NCBI GenBank assembly: GCA_964016885.1
Contig: OZ024742.1
Span: 160,084,001-160,148,000, forward strand
DNA: 64,000 nt
Direction: 5' to 3'
Source of the DNA: Eledone cirrhosa
Lineage: Eukaryota
Made by a program: the position numbers and the translations under genes. The notes under the pieces were generated by a model. That model saw only the letters and a list, made by a program, of their open reading frames with translations. It ran no database searches and was not told where the DNA came from. This document shows positions 1 through 14,500 of the stretch, piece after piece (positions within the stretch are counted from its first letter, which is position 1; every line of letters begins with the position of its first letter).

Positions 1-289
1 TTGTGTCATCTTGTGGTCTGTCTTTTATCTGAAAATACTGTGTGATCTGGTGGTCTGTCTTTAATCTAGATACACTGTGTCATCTGGTTGTCTGTCTTTA
101 ATCAAGAGACACTGTGAGATCTGGTTGTCTGTCTTTAATCTAAAGACACTGTTTCATCTGGTGGTCTGTCTTTAATCTAGAGACACTGTGTCATCTGGTT
201 GTCTGTCTTTAATCTAAAGACACTGTGTCAACTGGTGCTCTGTCTTTAATCTAAAGACACTGTGTCATCTGACGGTCTGTCATTAATTT

Positions 290-472
290 CAGTGGATTGG
301 CAGTATCGGTAGAGGGTCGGACGCCATGCTTTGACGCATAGAGTTACGGCCCTTGCCATTCTGAGTTCAAATCCCGCCGAGGTTAACTTTGCTTTCATCC
401 TTATGGCGTCGATAAAATAAAGTACCAGTAATACACTGGATAATTGCTGGCCTTGTGCCAAAAGTAGAAACA
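290..472 (+). mobile_element. tRNA-derived SINE, young short subfamily, inserted in the satellite
   Basis: A-box-like TGGCAGTATCGG, B-box GAGTTCAAATCC, 3' end GGCCTTGTGCCAAAAGTAGAAACA. Flanked by ATTAATTT at 282-289 and 473-480. Confidence 0.9.
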
Positions 473-488
473 ATTAATTTAAAGACAC

Positions 489-673
489 GGGCGGTGGATT
501 GGCAGTATCAGTAGAGGGTCGGACGCCATGCTTTCCAGCATAGTTACGTCCCTTTACGATCTGAGTTCAAATCCCGCCGAGGTTGACTTTGCCTTTCATC
601 CTTACGGGGTCGATAAAATAAAGTACCAGTAATGCACTGGGTAATTGCTGGCCTTGTGCCTAAAGTAGAAACA
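489..673 (+). mobile_element. Second SINE copy, in tandem with the first
   Basis: Same family with a different internal variant. Flanked by 16-bp direct repeat ATTAATTTAAAGACAC at 473-488 and 674-689. Confidence 0.9.
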
Positions 674-1804
674 ATTAATTTAAAGACACTATGTGTCATC
701 TGGTGGTCTGTCTTTAATCTAAAGACAATGTGTCATCCGGTGGTCTGTCCTTAATCTAAAGATAAAATATGTCATCTGGTGGTCTGTTATTAATCTAAAG
801 ACACGATGTGTCATCTAGTAGTCTTTTATATAAAGACACTGTGTCATCTGGTTGTCTGTCTTTAATCTAAAACACTGTGTCATCTGGTGGATGTCTTTAA
901 TCTAAAGACACTGTGTCACATGGCGGTCTGACTTTAATCTATAGACACTGTGTCATCCGGTGGTCTGTCATTATCTAAAGATACAATATGTCATCTGATA
1001 ATATGTCTTTAATCTAAAGACACCGTGTCATCTGGTGGTCTATCTTTAATCTAAAGACACTGTGTCCTCTGGTAGTCTGTCTTTAATCTAAAGACATTGT
1101 GTCATCTGTTGGTCTATCTTTAACCGAAAGACACTGTGTCATCTTGTGGTCTGTCTTTAATCTAAAGATAGTCTGTCAGCTGGTAGAATTTCCTTAATCT
1201 AAAGACACTGTGTCATCTGGTAGTCTCTCTTTAATTTAATGACACTCTGTCATCTGGTAGTCTTTAATCTAAAGACATATGTCATCTGATCGTCTGCCTT
1301 TAAGCTAAAGAAAAAATGTGTCATCTGGTAGTCTGTCTTTAATCTAAAGACACTGTGTCATCTGGTGGTCTGTCTTTAATTTAAAGACACTGTCTCATCT
1401 GGTGGTCTGTCTTTAATTTAAAGACACTGTCTCATCTGGTGGTATGTCATTAATCTAAAGACGATCTGTCATGTACTGGTCTGTCTTTAATCTAAAGACA
1501 CTGTCTCATCCGGTGGTGTGTCTTTAATCTAAAGACGCGATGTGTCATCTGGTAGTCTTTTATATGAAGAAGCTTGGTCATCTGGTTGTCTGACTTTAAC
1601 TTTAATCTAAAGATACTGTGTCATCTGGTGATCTCTCTTTAATCTAAAGACACTGTGTCATATGGTGGTCTGTCTTTAATCTAAAGACACTGTGTCATCC
1701 GGTGGTCTTTCATTATCTAAAGATACAATATGTGATCTGATAGTGTGTCTTAAATCTAAAGATACTGTGTCATCTGGTAGCCTGTCTTTAATCTAAAGAT
1801 AAAG

Positions 1805-4800
1805 TGTCATCCGGTGGTCTGTCTTTAATCCAAAGACACTGTGTCATCTGGTGGTCTGTATTTAATCTAAAGATACTGTGTCATCTGGTGGTCTTTCTTT
1901 AATCTAAAGACACTGTGTCATCTGTTGGTCTGTATTTAATCTAAAGATACTGTGTCATCTGGTAGTCTGTCTTTAATCTAAAGACATTGTGTCATCTGGT
2001 GGTCTGCCTTTAATCTAAAGACACGATGTGTCATCTTGTGCTCTGTTTTTTATCTGAAAATACTGTGTCATCTGGTGGTCTGTCTTTAATCTAAAGACAC
2101 TGTGTCATCTGGACGTCTGTCATTAATCTAAAGACACTATGTGTCATCTGGTAGCCTGTCTTTAATCTAAAGACACTGTGTCATCCGGTGGTCTATCTTT
2201 AATCCAAATACACGATGTGTCATCTGTTGGTCTGTCTTTAATCTAAAGACACTGTGTCATCTGGTAGTCTCTCTTTAATCTAAAGACATTGTGTCATCTG
2301 GTAGTCTGTCTTTAATCTAGAGACACTGTCATCTGGTTGTCTGTCTTTAATCAAGAGACACTGTGTCATCTGGTTGTCTGTCTTTAATCTAAAGACACTG
2401 TTTCATCTGGTGGTCTGTCTTTAATCTAAAGACATTGTGTCATCTGGTAGTATCTCTTCAATCTAACGACACTGTGTCATCTGGTAGTCTGTCTTTAATC
2501 TAAAGACACTGTGTCATCTGGTGTTCTGTCTTAAATCTAAAGACACGATGTGTCATCAGGTAGTCTGTCTTTAATCTAAAGACACTGTGTGATCTGTTGG
2601 TCAGTCTTTAATTTAAACACTGTGTCATCTGGTAGTCTTTAATATAAAGCCACTGTGTCATCTGGTGATCTATCTTTAATCTAAGGACACTGTGTCATCT
2701 GGCGGTCTGTCATTAATCTAAAGACACTATGTGTCATCTGGTAGCCTGTCTTTAATCTAAAGACACTGTGTCATATGGCGTCTGTCTTTAATCTAAAGAC
2801 ACTGTATCATCTGGTGGTCTGTCATTATCTAAAGATACAATATGTCATCTGATAGTATGTCTTTAATCTAAAGATACTGTGTCATCTGGTAGCCTGTCTT
2901 TAATCTAAAGACAATGTGTCATCTGGTGTTCTGTCTTTAATCTAAAGACACTGTGTCATCTGGTGGTCTGTCTTTAATCTAATGACACTGTGTCATCTGG
3001 TGGATGTCTTTAATCTAAAGACACTGTGTCACATGGCGGTCTGACTTTAATCTATAGACACTGTGTCATCCGGTGGTGTGTCTTTAATCTAAAGACGCGA
3101 TGTGTCATCTGGTAGTCTTTTATATGAAGAAGCTTGGTCATCTGGTTGTCTGACTTTAACTTTAATCTAAAGATACTGTGTCATCTGGTGATCTCTCTTT
3201 AATCTAAAGACACTGTGTCATATGGTGGTCTGTCTTTAATCTAAAGACACTGTGTCATCCGGTGGTCTTTCATTATCTAAAGATACAATATGTGATCTGA
3301 TAGTGTGTCTTGAATCTAAAGATACTGTGTCATCTGGTAGCCTGTCTTTAATCTAAAGACAAAGTGTCATCCGGTGGTCTGTCTTTAATCCAAAGACACT
3401 GTGTCATCTGGTGGTCTGTATTTAATCTAAAGATACTGTGTCATCTGGTGGTCTGTCTTTAATCTAAAGACACTGTGTCATCTGGTGGTCTGTATTTAAT
3501 CTAAAGACACTGTGTCATCTGGTAGTCTCTCTTTAATCTAAAGACATTGTGTCATCTGGTAGTCTGTCTTTAATCTAAAGACATTGTGTCATCTGGTGGT
3601 CTGCCTTTAATCTAAAGACACGATGTGTCATCTTGTGCTCTGTTTTTTATCTGAAAATACTGTGTCATCTGGTGGTCTGTCTTTAATCTAAAGACACTGT
3701 GTCATCTGGACGTCTGTCATTAATCTAAAGGCACTATGTGTCATCTGGTAGCCTGTCTTTAATCTAAAGACACTGTGTCATCCGGTGGTCTATCTTTAAT
3801 CCAAATACACGATGTGTCATCTGTTGGTCTGTCTTTAATCTAAAGACACTGTGTCATCTGGTAGTCTCTCTTTAATCTAAAGACATTGTGTCATCTGGTA
3901 GTCTGTCTTTAATCTAGAGACACTGTCATCTGGTTGTCTGTCTTTAATCAAGAGACACTGTGTCATCTGGTTGTCTGTCTTTAATCTAAAGACACTGTTT
4001 CATCTGGTGGTCTGTCTTTAATCTAAAGACATTGTGTCATCCGGTAGTATCTCTTCAATCTAACGACACTGTGTCTTCTGGTAGTCTGTCTTTAATCTAA
4101 AGACACTGTGTCATCTGGTGTTCTGTCTTAAATCTAAAGACACGATGTGTCATCAGGTAGTCTGTCTTTAATCTAAAGACACTGTGTGATCTGGTGGTCA
4201 GTCTTTAATTTAAACACTGTGTCATCTGGTAGTCTTTAATATAAAGCCACTGTGTCATCTGGTGATCTATCTTTAATCTAAGGACACTGTGTCATCTGGC
4301 GGTCTGTCATTAATCTAAAGACACTATGTGTCATCTGGTAGCCTGTCTTTAATCTAAAGACACTGTGTCATATGGCATCTGTCTTTAATCTAAAGACACT
4401 GTATCATCTGGTGGTCTGTCATTATCTAAAGATACAATATGTCATCTGATAGTATGTCTTTAATCTAAAGATACTGTGTCATCTGGTAGCCTGTCTTTAA
4501 TCTAAAGACAATGTGTCATCTGGTGTTCTGTCTTTAATCTAAAGACACTGTGTCATCTGGTGGTCTGTCTTTAATCTAATGACACTGTGTCATATGGCGG
4601 TCTGTCATTAATCTAAAGACACGATGTGTCATCTGGTAGTCTTTAATATAAAGACACTGTGTCATCTGGTTGTCTGTCTTTAATATAAAGACACTGTGTC
4701 AACTGGTGGTCTGTCTTTAATCTAAAGACACTGTGTCATCTGGCGGTATGTGTCATCTGGTAGCCTGTCTTTAATCTAAAGACACTTTGTCATACGGTGG

Positions 4801-7800
4801 TCTGTCCTTAATCGAAAGACACTGTGTCATCTCGTGGTCTGTCTTTAATCTAAAGACACTGTGTCATCTGGTAGTATCACCTTAATCTAAAGACACTGTG
4901 TCATCTGGTAGTATCACCTTAATCTAAAGACACTGTGTCATCTGGTAGTATCACCTTAATCTAAAGACACTGTGTCATCTGGTAGTCTCTCTTTAATCTA
5001 ACGACACTGTGTCATATGGCGTCTGTCTTTAATCTAAATACACTATTTCATCCAGTGGTCTGTAATTATCTAAAGATACAATATGTCATCTGATAGTATG
5101 TCTTTAATCTTAAGACATTGTGTCATCTTGTGGTCTGTCTTTTATCTGAAAATACTGTGTCATCCGGTGGTCTGTCTTTAATCCAAAGACACTGTGTCAT
5201 CTGGTGGTCTGTATTTAATCTAAAGATACTGTGTCATCTGGTGGTCTTTCTTTAATCTAAAGACACTGTGTCATCTGTTGGTCTGTATTTAATCTAAAGA
5301 TACTGTGTCATCTGGTAGTCTGTCTTTAATCTAAAGACATTGTGTCATCTGGTGGTCTGCCTTTAATCTAAAGACACGATGTGTCATCTTGTGCTCTGTT
5401 TTTTATCTGAAAATACTGTGTCATCTGGTGGTCTGTCTTTAATCTAAAGACACTGTGTCATCTGGACGTCTGTCATTAATCTAAAGACACTATGTGTCAT
5501 CTGGTAGCCTGTCTTTAATCTAAAGACACTGTGTCATCCGGTGGTCTATCTTTAATCCAAATACACGATGTGTCATCTGTTGGTCTGTCTTTAATCTAAA
5601 GACACTGTGTCATCTGGTAGTCTCTCTTTAATCTAAAGACATTGTGTCATCTGGTAGTCTGTCTTTAATCTAGAGACACTGTCATCTGGTTGTCTGTCTT
5701 TAATCAAGAGACACTGTGTCATCTGGTTGTCTGTCTTTAATCTAAAGACACTGTTTCATCTGGTGGTCTGTCTTTAATCTAAAGACATTGTGTCATCTGG
5801 TAGTATCTCTTCAATCTAACGACACTGTGTCATCTGGTAGTCTGTCTTTAATCTAAAGACACTGTGTCATCTGGTGTTCTGTCTTAAATCTAAAGACACG
5901 ATGTGTCATCAGGTAGTCTGTCTTTAATCTAAAGACACTGTGTGATCTGTTGGTCAGTCTTTAATTTAAACACTGTGTCATCTGGTAGTCTTTAATATAA
6001 AGCCACTGTGTCATCTGGTGATCTATCTTTAATCTAAGGACACTGTGTCATCTGGCGGTCTGTCATTAATCTAAAGACACTATGTGTCATCTGGTAGCCT
6101 GTCTTTAATCTAAAGACACTGTGTCATATGGCGTCTGTCTTTAATCTAAAGACACTGTATCATCTGGTGGTCTGTCATTATCTAAAGATACAATATGTCA
6201 TCTGATAGTATGTCTTTAATCTAAAGATACTGTGTCATCTGGTAGCCTGTCTTTAATCTAAAGACAATGTGTCATCTGGTGTTCTGTCTTTAATCTAAAG
6301 ACACTGTGTCATCTGGTGGTCTGTCTTTAATCTAATGACACTGTGTCATCTGGTGGATGTCTTTAATCTAAAGACACTGTGTCACATGGCGGTCTGACTT
6401 TAATCTATAGACACTGTGTCATCCGGTGGTGTGTCTTTAATCTAAAGACGCGATGTGTCATCTGGTAGTCTTTTATATGAAGAAGCTTGGTCATCTGGTT
6501 GTCTGACTTTAACTTTAATCTAAAGATACTGTGTCATCTGGTGATCTCTCTTTAATCTAAAGACACTGTGTCATATGGTGGTCTGTCTTTAATCTAAAGA
6601 CACTGTGTCATCCGGTGGTCTTTCATTATCTAAAGATACAATATGTGATCTGATAGTGTGTCTTGAATCTAAAGATACTGTGTCATCTGGTAGCCTGTCT
6701 TTAATCTAAAGACAAAGTGTCATCCGGTGGTCTGTCTTTAATCCAAAGACACTGTGTCATCTGGTGGTCTGTATTTAATCTAAAGATACTGTGTCATCTG
6801 GTGGTCTGTCTTTAATCTAAAGACACTGTGTCATCTGGTGGTCTGTATTTAATCTAAAGACACTGTGTCATCTGGTAGTCTCTCTTTAATCTAAAGACAT
6901 TGTGTCATCTGGTAGTCTGTCTTTAATCTAAAGACATTGTGTCATCTGGTGGTCTGCCTTTAATCTAAAGACACGATGTGTCATCTTGTGCTCTGTTTTT
7001 TATCTGAAAATACTGTGTCATCTGGTGGTCTGTCTTTAATCTAAAGACACTGTGTCATCTGGACGTCTGTCATTAATCTAAAGGCACTATGTGTCATCTG
7101 GTAGCCTGTCTTTAATCTAAAGACACTGTGTCATCCGGTGGTCTATCTTTAATCCAAATACACGATGTGTCATCTGTTGGTCTGTCTTTAATCTAAAGAC
7201 ACTGTGTCATCTGGTAGTCTCTCTTTAATCTAAAGACATTGTGTCATCTGGTAGTCTGTCTTTAATCTAGAGACACTGTCATCTGGTTGTCTGTCTTTAA
7301 TCAAGAGACACTGTGTCATCTGGTTGTCTGTCTTTAATCTAAAGACACTGTTTCATCTGGTGGTCTGTCTTTAATCTAAAGACATTGTGTCATCCGGTAG
7401 TATCTCTTCAATCTAACGACACTGTGTCATCTGGTAGTCTGTCTTTAATCTAAAGACACTGTGTCATCTGGTGTTCTGTCTTAAATCTAAAGACACGATG
7501 TGTCATCAGGTAGTCTGTCTTTAATCTAAAGACACTGTGTGATCTGGTGGTCAGTCTTTAATTTAAACACTGTGTCATCTGGTAGTCTTTAATATAAAGC
7601 CACTGTGTCATCTGGTGATCTATCTTTAATCTAAGGACACTGTGTCATCTGGCGGTCTGTCATTAATCTAAAGACACTATGTGTCATCTGGTAGCCTGTC
7701 TTTAATCTAAAGACACTGTGTCATATGGCATCTGTCTTTAATCTAAAGACACTGTATCATCTGGTGGTCTGTCATTATCTAAAGATACAATATGTCATCT

Positions 7801-8510
7801 GATAGTATGTCTTTAATCTAAAGATACTGTGTCATCTGGTAGCCTGTCTTTAATCTAAAGACAATGTGTCATCTGGTGTTCTGTCTTTAATCTAAAGACA
7901 CTGTGTCATCTGGTGGTCTGTCTTTAATCTAATGACACTGTGTCATATGGCGGTCTGTCATTAATCTAAAGACACGATGTGTCATCTGGTAGTCTTTAAT
8001 ATAAAGACACTGTGTCATCTGGTTGTCTGTCTTTAATATAAAGACACTGTGTCAACTGGTGGTCTGTCTTTAATCTAAAGACACTGTGTCATCTGGCGGT
8101 ATGTGTCATCTGGTAGCCTGTCTTTAATCTAAAGACACTTTGTCATACGGTGGTCTGTCCTTAATCGAAAGACACTGTGTCATCTCGTGGTCTGTCTTTA
8201 ATCTAAAGACACTGTGTCATCTGGTAGTATCACCTTAATCTAAAGACACTGTGTCATCTGGTAGTATCACCTTAATCTAAAGACACTGTGTCATCTGGTA
8301 GTATCACCTTAATCTAAAGACACTGTGTCATCTGGTAGTCTCTCTTTAATCTAACGACACTGTGTCATATGGCGTCTGTCTTTAATCTAAATACACTATT
8401 TCATCCAGTGGTCTGTAATTATCTAAAGATACAATATGTCATCTGATAGTATGTCTTTAATCTTAAGACATTGTGTCATCTTGTGGTCTGTCTTTTATCT
8501 GAAAATACTG
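1805..8510. repeat. 3353-bp tandem higher-order duplication, itself containing ~1560-bp subunits
   Basis: Marker pairs at 1808/5161, 3121/6474 and 4876/8229 (offset 3353). TATATGAAGAAGCTT at 1561/3121 (offset 1560). Confidence 0.9.
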
Positions 8511-11500
8511 TGTCATCTGGTGGTCTGTCTTTAATCTAGATACACTGTGTCATCTGGTTGTCTGTCTTTAATCTAAAGACACTGTGTCATCTGACGGTCT
8601 GTCATTAATTTAAAGACACTATGTGTCATCTGGTGGTCTGTCTTTAATCTAAAGACAATGTGTCATCCGGTGGTCTGTCCTTAATCTAAAGATAAAATAT
8701 GTCATCTGGTGGTCTGTCATTAATCTAAAGACAAGATGTGTCATCTAGTAGTCTTTTATATAAAGACACTGTGTCATCTGGTTGTCTGTCTTTAATCTAA
8801 AACTCTGTGTCATCTGGTGGATGTCTTTAATCTAAAGACACTGTGTCACATGGGGGTCTGACTTTAATCTATAGACACTGTGTCATCCGGTGGTCTGTCA
8901 TTATCTAAAGATACAATATGTCATCTGATAATATGTCTTTAATCTAAAGACACCGTGTCATCTGGTGGTCTGTCTTTAATCTAAAGACACTGTGTCCTCT
9001 GGTAGTCTGTCTTTAATCTAAAGACATTGTGTCATCTGTTGGTCTATCTTTAACCGAAAGACACTGTGTCATCTTGTGGTCTGTCTTTAATCTAAAGATA
9101 GTCTGTCATCTGGTAGAATTTCCTTAATCTAAAGACACTGTGTTATCTGGTAGTCTCTCTTTAATTTAATGACACTCTGTCATCTGGTAGTCTTTAATCT
9201 AAAGACATATGTCATCTGATTGTCTGCCTTTAAGCTAAAGAAAAAATGTGTCATCTGGTAGTCTGTCTTTAATCTAAAGACACTGTGTCATCTGGTGGTC
9301 TGTCTTTAATTTAAAGAAACTGTCTCATCTGGTGGTCTGTCTTTAATTTAAAGACACTGTCTCATCTGGTGGTATGTCATTAATCTAAAGACGATCTGTC
9401 ATGTACTGGTCTGTCTTTAATCTAAAGACACTGTCTCATCCGTTGGTGTGTCTTTAATCTAAAGACGCGATGTGTCATCTGGTAGTCTTTTATATGAAGA
9501 AGCTTGGTCATCTGGTTGTCTGACTTTAACTTTAATCTAAAGATACTGTGTCATCTGGTGATCTCTCTTTAATCTAAAGACACTGTGTCTTCTGGTTGTC
9601 TGTCTTTAATCTAAAGACACTGTGTCATCTGTTGGTCTGTCTTTTATCTAAAGATATTGTGTCATCTGTTAGTCTGTCTTTAACCGAAAGATACTGTGTC
9701 ATCTGGGGGTCTGTCTTTAATCTAAAGACACTGTGTCATCTGGTAGTATCTCCTTAATCTAAAGACACTGTGTCATCTGGTAGTCTCTCTTTATTCTAAA
9801 GACATTGTGTCATCTGGTGGTCTGTCTTTAATCTAAAGACACGATGTGTCAACTGGTAGTCTGTCTTTAATCTAAAGACACGTTGTGTCATCTGGTAGTC
9901 TGTCTTTAATCTAAAGACACGATGTGTCATCTTGTGGTCTGATTTTTATCTGAAAACACTGTGCCATCTGGTCGTCTGCCTTTAATCTAAAGACACTGTG
10001 TCATCTGGTGGTCTGTCTTTAATCTAAAGACATTGTCTCATCTGGTAGTATCTCTTTAATCTAACGACACTGTGTCATCTGTTAGTCTCTCCTTAATCTA
10101 AAGACACGATGTGTCGTCTTGTGTTCTGTCATTAATCTAAAGACACTATGTGTCATCTGGTAGCCTGTCTTTAATCTAAAGACAATGTGTCATCCGGGAG
10201 TCTGTCTTAAATCGAAATACACGATGTGTCATCTGGTAGTCTGTCTTTAATATAAAGACACTCTGACATCTGGTGGTCAGTCTTTAATCTAAACACTGTG
10301 TCATCTGGTAGTATCTCTTTAATCTAAAGACACCGTGTCATCTGTTAGTCTCTCCTTAATCTAAAGACACTGTGTCGTCTTGTGTTCTGTCATTAATCTA
10401 AAGACACTATGTGTCATCTGGTAGCCTGTCTTTAATCTAAAGACAATGTGTCATCCGGTGATCTGTCCTTAATCTAAAGATACAATGTGTCATCTGATAG
10501 TGTGTCTTGAATCTAAAGATACTGTGTCATCTGGTAGCCTGTCTTTAATCTAAAGACAAAGTGTCATCCGGTGGTCTGTCTTTAATCCAAAGACACTGTG
10601 TCATCTGGTGGTCTGTATTTAATCTAAAGATACTGTGTCATCTGGTGGTCTGTCTTTAATCTAAAGACATTGTGTCATCTGGTAGTCTGTCTTTAATCTA
10701 AAGACATTGTGTCATCTGGTGGTCTGCCTTTAATCTAAAGACACGATGTGTCATCTTGTGCTCTGTTTTTTATCTGAAAATACTGTGTCATCTGGTGGTC
10801 TGTCTTTAATCTAAAGACACTGTGTCATCTGGACGTCTGTCATTAATCTAAAGGCACTATGTGTCATCTGGTAGCCTGTCTTTAATCTAAAGACACTGTG
10901 TCATCCGGTGGTCTATCTTTAATCCAAATACACGATGTGTCATCTGTTGGTCTGTCTTTAATCTAAAGACACTGTGTCATCTGGTAGTCTCTCTTTAATC
11001 TAAAGACATTGTGTCATCTGGTAGTCTGTCTTTAATCTAGAGACACTGTCATCTGGTTGTCTGTCTTTAATCAAGAGACACTGTGTCATCTGGTTGTCTG
11101 TCTTTAATCTAAAGACACTGTTTCATCTGGTGGTCTGTCTTTAATCTAAAGACATTGTGTCATCCGGTAGTATCTCTTCAATCTAACGACACTGTGTCAT
11201 CTGGTAGTCTGTCTTTAATCTAAAGACACTGTGTCATCTGGTGTTCTGTCTTAAATCTAAAGACACGATGTGTCATCAGGTAGTCTGTCTTTAATCTAAA
11301 GACACTGTGTGATCTGGTGGTCAGTCTTTAATTTAAACACTGTGTCATCTGGTAGTCTTTAATATAAAGCCACTGTGTCATCTGGTGATCTATCTTTAAT
11401 CTAAGGACACTGTGTCATCTGGCGGTCTGTCATTAATCTAAAGACACTATGTGTCATCTGGTAGCCTGTCTTTAATCTAAAGACACTGTGTCATATGGCA

Positions 11501-14500
11501 TCTGTCTTTAATCTAAAGACACTGTATCATCTGGTGGTCTGTCATTATCTAAAGATACAATATGTCATCTGATAGTATGTCTTTAATCTAAAGATACTGT
11601 GTCATCTGGTAGCCTGTCTTTAATCTAAAGACAATGTGTCATCTGGTGTTCTGTCTTTAATCTAAAGACACTGTGTCATCTGGTGGTCTGTCTTTAATCT
11701 AATGACACTGTGTCATATGGCGGTCTGTCATTAATCTAAAGACACGATGTGTCATCTGGTAGTCTTTAATATAAAGACACTGTGTCATCTGGTTGTCTGT
11801 CTTTAATATAAAGACACTGTGTCAACTGGTGGTCTGTCTTTAATCTAAAGACACTGTGTCATCTGGCGGTATGTGTCATCTGGTAGCCTGTCTTTAATCT
11901 AAAGACACTTTGTCATACGGTGGTCTGTCCTTAATCGAAAGACACTGTGTCATCTCGTGGTCTGTCTTTAATCTAAAGACACTGTGTCATCTGGTAGTAT
12001 CACCTTAATCTAAAGACACTGTGTCATCTGGTAGTATCACCTTAATCTAAAGACACTGTGTCATCTGGTAGTATCACCTTAATCTAAAGACACTGTGTCA
12101 TCTGGTAGTCTCTCTTTAATCTAACGACACTGTGTCATATGGCGTCTGTCTTTAATCTAAATACACTATTTCATCCAGTGGTCTGTAATTATCTAAAGAT
12201 ACAATATGTCATCTGATAGTATGTCTTTAATCTTAAGACATTGTGTCATCTTGTGGTCTGTCTTTTATCTGAAAATACTGTGTCATCCGGTGGTCTGTCT
12301 TTAATCCAAAGACACTGTGTCATCTGGTGGTCTGTATTTAATCTAAAGATACTGTGTCATCTGGTGGTCTTTCTTTAATCTAAAGACACTGTGTTATCTG
12401 TTGGTCTGTATTTAATCTAAAGATACTGTGTCATCTGGTAGTCTGTCTTTAATCTAAAGACATTGTGTCATCTGGTGGTCTGCCTTTAATCTAAAGACAC
12501 GATGTGTCATCTTGTGCTCTGTTTTTTATCTGAAAATACTGTGTCATCTGGTGGTCTGTCTTTAATCTAAAGACACTGTGTCATCTGGACGTCTGTCATT
12601 AATCTAAAGACACTATGTGTCATCTGGTAGCCTGTCTTTAATCTAAAGACACTGTGTCATCCGGTGGTCTATCTTTAATCCAAATACACGATGTGTCATC
12701 TGTTGGTCTGTCTTTAATCTAAAGACACTGTGTCATCTGGTAGTCTCTCTTTAATCTAAAGACATTGTGTCATCTGGTAGTCTGTCTTTAATCTAGAGAC
12801 ACTGTCATCTGGTTGTCTGTCTTTAATCAAGAGACACTGTGTCATCTGGTTGTCTGTCTTTAATCTAAAGACACTGTTTCATCTGGTGGTCTGTCTTTAA
12901 TCTAAAGACATTGTGTCATCTGGTAGTATCTCTTCAATCTAACGACACTGTGTCATCTGGTAGTCTGTCTTTAATCTAAAGACACTGTGTCATCTGGTGT
13001 TCTGTCTTAAATCTAAAGACACGATGTGTCATCAGGTAGTCTGTCTTTAATCTAAAGACACTGTGTGATCTGTTGGTCAGTCTTTAATTTAAACACTGTG
13101 TCATCTGGTAGTCTTTAATATAAAGCCACTGTGTCATCTGGTGATCTATCTTTAATCTAAGGACACTGTGTCATCTGGCGGTCTGTCATTAATCTAAAGA
13201 CACTATGTGTCATCTGGTAGCCTGTCTTTAATCTAAAGACACTGTGTCATATGGCGTCTGTCTTTAATCTAAAGACACTGTATCATCTGGTGGTCTGTCA
13301 TTATCTAAAGATACAATATGTCATCTAATAGTATGTCTTTAATCTAAAGATACTGTGTCATCTGGTAGCCTGTCTTTAATCTAAAGACAATGTGTCATCT
13401 GGTGTTCTGTCTTTAATCTAAAGACACTGTGTCATCTGGTGGTCTGTCTTTAATCTAATGACACTGTGTCATCTGGTGGATGTCTTTAATCTAAAGACAC
13501 TGTGTCACATGGCGGTCTGACTTTAATCTATAGACACTGTGTCATCCGGTGGTGTGTCTTTAATCTAAAGACGCGATGTGTCATCTGGTAGTCTTTTATA
13601 TGAAGAAGCTTGGTCATCTGGTTGTCTGACTTTAACTTTAATCTAAAGATACTGTGTCATCTGGTGATCTCTCTTTAATCTAAAGACACTGTGTCATATG
13701 GTGGTCTGTCTTTAATCTAAAGACACTGTGTCATCCGGTGGTCTTTCATTATCTAAAGATACAATATGTGATCTGATAGTGTGTCTTGAATCTAAAGATA
13801 CTGTGTCATCTGGTAGCCTGTCTTTAATCTAAAGACAAAGTGTCATCCGGTGGTCTGTCTTTAATCCAAAGACACTGTGTCATCTGGTGGTCTGTATTTA
13901 ATCTAAAGATACTGTGTCATCTGGTGGTCTGTCTTTAATCTAAAGACACTGTGTCATCTGGTGGTCTGTATTTAATCTAAAGACACTGTGTCATCTGGTA
14001 GTCTCTCTTTAATCTAAAGACATTGTGTCATCTGGTAGTCTGTCTTTAATCTAAAGACATTGTGTCATCTGGTGGTCTGCCTTTAATCTAAAGACACGAT
14101 GTGTCATCTTGTGCTCTGTTTTTTATCTGAAAATACTGTGTCATCTGGTGGTCTGTCTTTAATCTAAAGACACTGTGTCATCTGGACGTCTGTCATTAAT
14201 CTAAAGGCACTATGTGTCATCTGGTAGCCTGTCTTTAATCTAAAGACACTGTGTCATCCGGTGGTCTATCTTTAATCCAAATACACGATGTGTCATCTGT
14301 TGGTCTGTCTTTAATCTAAAGACACTGTGTCATCTGGTAGTCTCTCTTTAATCTAAAGACATTGTGTCATCTGGTAGTCTGTCTTTAATCTAGAGACACT
14401 GTCATCTGGTTGTCTGTCTTTAATCAAGAGACACTGTGTCATCTGGTTGTCTGTCTTTAATCTAAAGACACTGTTTCATCTGGTGGTCTGTCTTTAATCT

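Noticed and set aside
290-380. tRNA gene
   Set aside because: A and B boxes only, with no cloverleaf. It continues into a SINE body with TSDs.
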